A stretch of 64,000 nt of DNA, taken from the IMG/VR virus record IMGVR_UViG_3300025421_000001; one strand, 5' to 3'. Below, piece by piece: positions 60,221-64,000 of the stretch. The position numbers and the translations under genes are program-made. The notes beneath the pieces are model-generated. The model made no database searches and was not told the origin of the DNA. It saw nothing but the letters and a program-made list of their open reading frames with translations. Positions within the stretch are counted from its first letter, which is position 1. Every line of letters starts with the position of its first letter. Origin of the DNA: an uncultured virus (IMG/VR IMGVR_UViG_3300025421_000001) (taxonomy: Duplodnaviria > Heunggongvirae > Uroviricota > Caudoviricetes).

Positions 60221-60404
60221 CGGGTGATCTTGGAAAATGACCCCCCCCTAACCCCTTGACCACCCCCACCAGCCACCCAACACCCAAACAGCGAAACATC
60301 GGCCGGGTGCACACATACGCAAATTTTGATCTCTTATATGAGAACATATGTTCACCACCGTCGTAAGACTGGAAATTAGGTACCATATTTGATACTGTAT
60401 AAAC

Positions 60405-60758
60405 ATGAGCGAATTAAAAGAAGAACTACAAAAATTGGCGGGGGAGCGATCTCGTAATCTTCGCGGAGCTTTGAATCGTTACTTTCAGACCGATTCAACC
60501 GACACTCCGCTACACGTCATTGAAATCGAAGGCAACAAGACTACTCTAGAAGGCTACGTAATAGGTCTAGAATTCGATTCTGGGGACTTTCTATCATGGT
60601 TAGGGGTAGAGGCTATACTGCACGTAGAAAAGGTCGTAACAAAATCAAACGAAACGTTTGCGAGCGTAGAAATTATCACACCACATTCAAAAGCCCTACA
60701 TGCACGACCAGGTAACGTAATTGTGAAAGTTACATCAGACAGGTTTGGCATAATCTAA
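60405..60758 (+). CDS. Hypothetical protein (probably leaderless)
   Basis: TGn-TACTGT 6 nt before the ATG; abuts the next gene. Confidence 0.6.
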   Translation: MSELKEELQKLAGERSRNLRGALNRYFQTDSTDTPLHVIEIEGNKTTLEGYVIGLEFDSGDFLSWLGVEAILHVEKVVTKSNETFASVEIITPHSKALHARPGNVIVKVTSDRFGII

Positions 60759-61450
60759 TGAAAGATAATGAGACAATAGCAATTGGCTGGATTACGTCGG
60801 GGACTATTTATAACGAATTTGCCATGAGCGTCATGGACATTATTTGGAATCGCAAAAACGTCGTTACAGACTATATAAATTGCACTGGATCATACATTGG
60901 TGTAAATCGACAACGATTGACTAAAAATTTTTTGGAGGACACGACTGCTGACTGGTTACTGATGCTTGATACGGACGTGATCATTCGTATTAAGGATTTT
61001 GACACGTTGGTAGAAGCTGCTGATGCAGAAAAATATCCAGTTTTGTCAGGAATGTATTTTTTTCATTTTCCTGATGAGACTCCATCGTTTAAGGTAAATG
61101 CACAGACAGAGCGTGGTTGGCTTGGTTCATATCCTGAAAACAGCATTGTAGAAAATTTGGAAAGTGTCGGAGCGGGATACGTTCTTATTCACCGCAGTGT
61201 CTTTGAGAAGATAAAAGCTGATAATCCAGACGTATGGGCACCATGGTTCTCAGATGGATTACTCGCTAATGGCATAGAAGTGAGCGAAGACAACTACTTC
61301 TGTGAACAGTGTAAGAAATCAGGTATTCCAATTGCCCTACACACAGGTGCTACGTCTAGACATATAGGAAAAATGGCTATTACTCAAGAGCATTTTTTAC
61401 GTCAACAAAAGCCTGCAATAGATCCTAAGAATGTATTGCGCTACTTGTAA
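60758..61450 (+). CDS. GT-A fold glycosyltransferase-like protein
   Basis: WLLMLDTD (DxD), GAGYVLIHRSVF, SEDNYFC. Confidence 0.8.
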   Translation: MKDNETIAIGWITSGTIYNEFAMSVMDIIWNRKNVVTDYINCTGSYIGVNRQRLTKNFLEDTTADWLLMLDTDVIIRIKDFDTLVEAADAEKYPVLSGMYFFHFPDETPSFKVNAQTERGWLGSYPENSIVENLESVGAGYVLIHRSVFEKIKADNPDVWAPWFSDGLLANGIEVSEDNYFCEQCKKSGIPIALHTGATSRHIGKMAITQEHFLRQQKPAIDPKNVLRYL

Positions 61451-61753
61451 TTAGTCATTCATTTTTACGTTGTATTTTGGCTTGAACTGTTTTATAGCAA
61501 GTTTTTCTAAAATAAACGGATCTTTGTAATATTTATGAACGCGGACGAAACGAATACTTGTTATCTCGTCCCACCAAGGAGACTTTATTCTGTGCTCTCT
61601 TTGCCTACGAATAAAGTTCCTACTGTAGCCTATGTAGATAACCTCATTTCCAGACATATGGAAATAGATAATGTTTCCTGTTTCTGGCCAGTCACCACAA
61701 GCTGGATCAATCTTGTTCGTTATTACTGAATAATCAAACAATCCTTTAAACAT
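61451..61753 (-). CDS. GIY-YIG nuclease
   Basis: IIYF..VIYIGYS..R..EH..E..I..KPKYN. Confidence 0.8.
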   Translation of the reverse strand: MFKGLFDYSVITNKIDPACGDWPETGNIIYFHMSGNEVIYIGYSRNFIRRQREHRIKSPWWDEITSIRFVRVHKYYKDPFILEKLAIKQFKPKYNVKMND

Positions 61754-61769
61754 GTGCTATAGTGTAACA

Positions 61770-61842
61770 CAGTGCTATGTGTACTGCATAGAAGGGTCCG
61801 ATTAAGGACGACCTCATCCTTCTGTGCGGTATAGGTAGCACC
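61770..61842 (+). ncRNA. Candidate long-hairpin RNA
   Basis: 24-bp stem with five G-U pairs on the + strand; TGn-TATAGT at 61755-61763. Confidence 0.45.
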
Positions 61843-62016
61843 CATGCATGTAAAAGCACCGGTAGCTACCTACTTATTTATCAATCGTGTTGTAAACCTC
61901 TATAACGCGGTCATTACATAGAGATAAGAATAAAGTTGGGGGGTACCCCCGCAGAAAAATTTTTTTGACGCTGACGCTTTGTTAATTTATTTTAAAAATA
62001 AAAGGCGGTCGTTAAT

Positions 62017-63228
62017 TTATTTTAAATTTGCAATTCCATCTATAATCCATTGAACTACAGGAACCGCAACAGCATTACCCATTTGTTTGTAACGTTGACT
62101 GTCAGATTGACTTGCTGTCCATTGATCCGGAAAACCTTGTAAACGCTCCGCCTCGACCGGCGTAAGCCTGCGAACGGTGTTATCAATTCTAATGCCATAT
62201 TGAATGCCAGAACTTTCGCTTGACTGAGTGGCAGTAACGGTTGGATAGTGTTCTTTTTCCCAACCACCGTATGTAGATCCGTTTGTTGCAGTAAAACTCA
62301 TTACTTCAGCAACCATTGGCATATTATTTCCACCAGTACCCATACGAGCTGCAAGTGTGTTAATGGTGTTGCCCTGAATGCGAATATCTGGACCATGATT
62401 TGCGTAGAAAATAATGCTTTCGTCTGAAGGCGGTTCTACAACAACTGTTACAGATCTAGAGTCGCCTTGATCAAACTGATTAAGTGTTGGATTTGTTTCT
62501 TCCGCACGCCAAACTTCTGGAGGCAAGTTTCCTTCAGCGTCCCTTGCGCCAGAACGAATTACTTTTACAAAAGTTTCTCGCTCCGAAGAATCTGTGCTCG
62601 TAATGCTCGATCCAATTTCTCTGGCAATTTCTTCTCTCGACGTTCCGCTCTGCGAAGAATTCCCTCGCACGCTCGAGCGCTCAAATAATACTTTGGCGCA
62701 ACTGGCGGCGTCTCCAAAACGTTTCGCAACGATGAAGACTCTCCGCCTCCGCTGGGGTACTCCAAACTCTTTTGCATCCAACACGCGCCAGGCACAGCCA
62801 TACCCGAGTTCGGCCAACGTTCCGATAACTGCTCCCATGTCTGCTCCTCGTTGACTGGTAAGTAAACCAGGGACGTTTTCGAGGATGACCCACTCTGTTT
62901 GCGTTTCTTCGATGATTCTTGCAAACTGGTAGAAGAGGCTACTTCTTTTTCCACTAAAGCCAAGACGCCTTCCAGCCACGGATAAATCCTGGCAAGGGAA
63001 TCCTCCAGTGATGATTCCTCCGTCTGAAACAAAGCCTGCTGATCTGAGTTGTTCACCTGTTACCTCCGTAACGTCGTTAAATAATGTTGTTTTAGGAAAA
63101 TGTTTTTCAAGAACTGCTCGAGCGTTTTTGTCAATTTCTACTGAAGCAATAACTTTAAAACCACTTCGTTCGAGTGCTAGATCAAAACCACCGACTCCCG
63201 CAAAAAGAGAAACGGCTGTATTCATCAA
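62017..63228 (-). CDS. C5-cytosine DNA methyltransferase
   Basis: LFAGVGG, GGFPCQ, ENV, QRRRR, RRLTP.E.ERLQGF, GNAV. Confidence 0.95.
   Translation of the reverse strand: MMNTAVSLFAGVGGFDLALERSGFKVIASVEIDKNARAVLEKHFPKTTLFNDVTEVTGEQLRSAGFVSDGGIITGGFPCQDLSVAGRRLGFSGKRSSLFYQFARIIEETQTEWVILENVPGLLTSQRGADMGAVIGTLAELGYGCAWRVLDAKEFGVPQRRRRVFIVAKRFGDAASCAKVLFERSSVRGNSSQSGTSREEIAREIGSSITSTDSSERETFVKVIRSGARDAEGNLPPEVWRAEETNPTLNQFDQGDSRSVTVVVEPPSDESIIFYANHGPDIRIQGNTINTLAARMGTGGNNMPMVAEVMSFTATNGSTYGGWEKEHYPTVTATQSSESSGIQYGIRIDNTVRRLTPVEAERLQGFPDQWTASQSDSQRYKQMGNAVAVPVVQWIIDGIANLK
62565..63056 (-). CDS. Nested alternative-frame ORF resembling the beta polypeptide of M.EcoHK31I-type methyltransferases
   Basis: 163-aa same-strand ORF with W..SGM and KYYLSARACEGILRRA motifs. 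Confidence 0.6.
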   Translation of the reverse strand: MNNSDQQALFQTEESSLEDSLARIYPWLEGVLALVEKEVASSTSLQESSKKRKQSGSSSKTSLVYLPVNEEQTWEQLSERWPNSGMAVPGACWMQKSLEYPSGGGESSSLRNVLETPPVAPKYYLSARACEGILRRAERREKKLPEKLDRALRAQILRSEKLL

Positions 63229-63476
63229 TCTTCTTCCAATTCTGAATATTGTTCTTCAAAAACAGCTGCTAAATCTTCAGCTCTTTCAACTGCATCATCA
63301 AATTCTGGAATGAGGTCAATGATTGCCCCAGCCCCTTCGTCGGTTTCTACAGCAAGAATAAAACCCTCGGGGCTTCCAAAAATACGAATAAAACTATGAG
63401 TACCATCTTCCATAGGTAGTTCTTTTTCGTAAAGAACCTCGGCTTCAAGCTTCTCACTTAATGATTCTTCTGACAT
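63225..63476 (-). CDS. Acidic hypothetical protein
   Basis: Start/stop overlaps on both sides. Confidence 0.6.
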   Translation of the reverse strand: MSEESLSEKLEAEVLYEKELPMEDGTHSFIRIFGSPEGFILAVETDEGAGAIIDLIPEFDDAVERAEDLAAVFEEQYSELEED

Positions 63477-64000
63477 TATTTACCTGCCTTTTTTTCTATA
63501 AAGTAATTTCCTAATACTAGCACATCTATGTCGCTTCTAATAAACGAAAGAATAGCATCTTGTGGAGTGTGGACAATTGGCTCATCCGCAAGATTAAAAG
63601 AAGTATTCATAACAACGGGAACGCCAGTTTTTTCATAAAAAGAACTAATAAGTGCGTGATAGAGAGGGTTTGTTTCTTTGTTTACAAATTGTGGCCTAGC
63701 AGATCCGTCAACGTGAACACAAGCAGGAATTATTGATTGAGCCTCTTCTTTTACTTGAAAAGCCCCAACCATAAAATCAGCCAAAGGAGAATCAACAACA
63801 TCAAAAAAATCAGCAACGTGTTCTTTTAAAATGCTTGGTGCTAAAGGACGCCAAATTTCTCTACCTTTAACTTCATTCATTCGATGCCAGTTTTCTACAT
63901 TCCTTGGGTCCATTAAAAGACTTCGTGCCCCAAGGGCTCGAGCACCAATTTCAGCACGGCCATTGTACCAACCAACAATTTTTTGATCTACTAAGCATTG
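63476..64000 (-). CDS. Carbamoyltransferase (NodU/CmcH family), C-terminal part
   Basis: GARALGARS, KGRE.WRP.AP, HVDGSAR.Q, NTSFN..EPIV; frame runs off the window edge. Confidence 0.9.
   Translation of the reverse strand, partial: QCLVDQKIVGWYNGRAEIGARALGARSLLMDPRNVENWHRMNEVKGREIWRPLAPSILKEHVADFFDVVDSPLADFMVGAFQVKEEAQSIIPACVHVDGSARPQFVNKETNPLYHALISSFYEKTGVPVVMNTSFNLADEPIVHTPQDAILSFIRSDIDVLVLGNYFIEKKAGK

Noticed and set aside
60087..60386. Gly-rich ORFs on the minus strand
   Set aside because: They are translations of the G-rich tandem repeat
61772..61841. Hammerhead ribozyme
   Set aside because: No CUGANGA/GAAA core on either strand
1..64000. Complete tRNA genes, integrase or prophage boundary
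   Set aside because: No full cloverleaf, integrase or host-like gene block found by eye; tRNAscan-SE/ARAGORN would be needed to exclude tRNAs

Overview
A 64-kb segment of a large, AT-rich tailed dsDNA phage. A contractile tail is suggested by gp25-, baseplate-J- and P2 gpI-like genes. The host is most likely an actinobacterium: two WhiB genes, an Rpf-like lysozyme, leaderless promoters and Gram-positive-type SOS boxes. All protein assignments come from motifs read by eye; no database searches were run. Layout: (1) 1-31 kb, + strand: baseplate and tail fibres, very long (Gly-X-Gln)n collagen-like proteins, a lysis-like cassette, and two copies of a module made of tail fibre, then an FN3/extensin-like poly-Pro/Hint protein, then a cluster of 2OG-Fe(II) oxygenases. 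The second copy adds PrmC-like methyltransferases and four DUF6065-like paralogues. This is the best candidate for an undescribed virion-protein processing and modification system. (2) 32-44 kb: recombination and replication genes (SSB, ERF, YqaJ, RecA, SNF2 helicase, initiator, DnaB-like helicase). (3) 44-50 kb: small accessory genes (Rpf-like, DNA glycosylase, GroES). (4) 50-60.3 kb: mostly leftward mini-transcription units whose spacers hold eight same-strand copies of a ~34-bp motif, dense GATC/AGCT/GTAC clusters and GTTAC-N6-GTAAC palindromes, ending in a G-quadruplex-prone repeat. (5) 60.4-64 kb: glycosyltransferase, GIY-YIG nuclease, a C5 DNA methyltransferase with a nested out-of-frame ORF, and a carbamoyltransferase. 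Several candidate small structured RNAs are present, two of which expose an anti-Shine-Dalgarno sequence.
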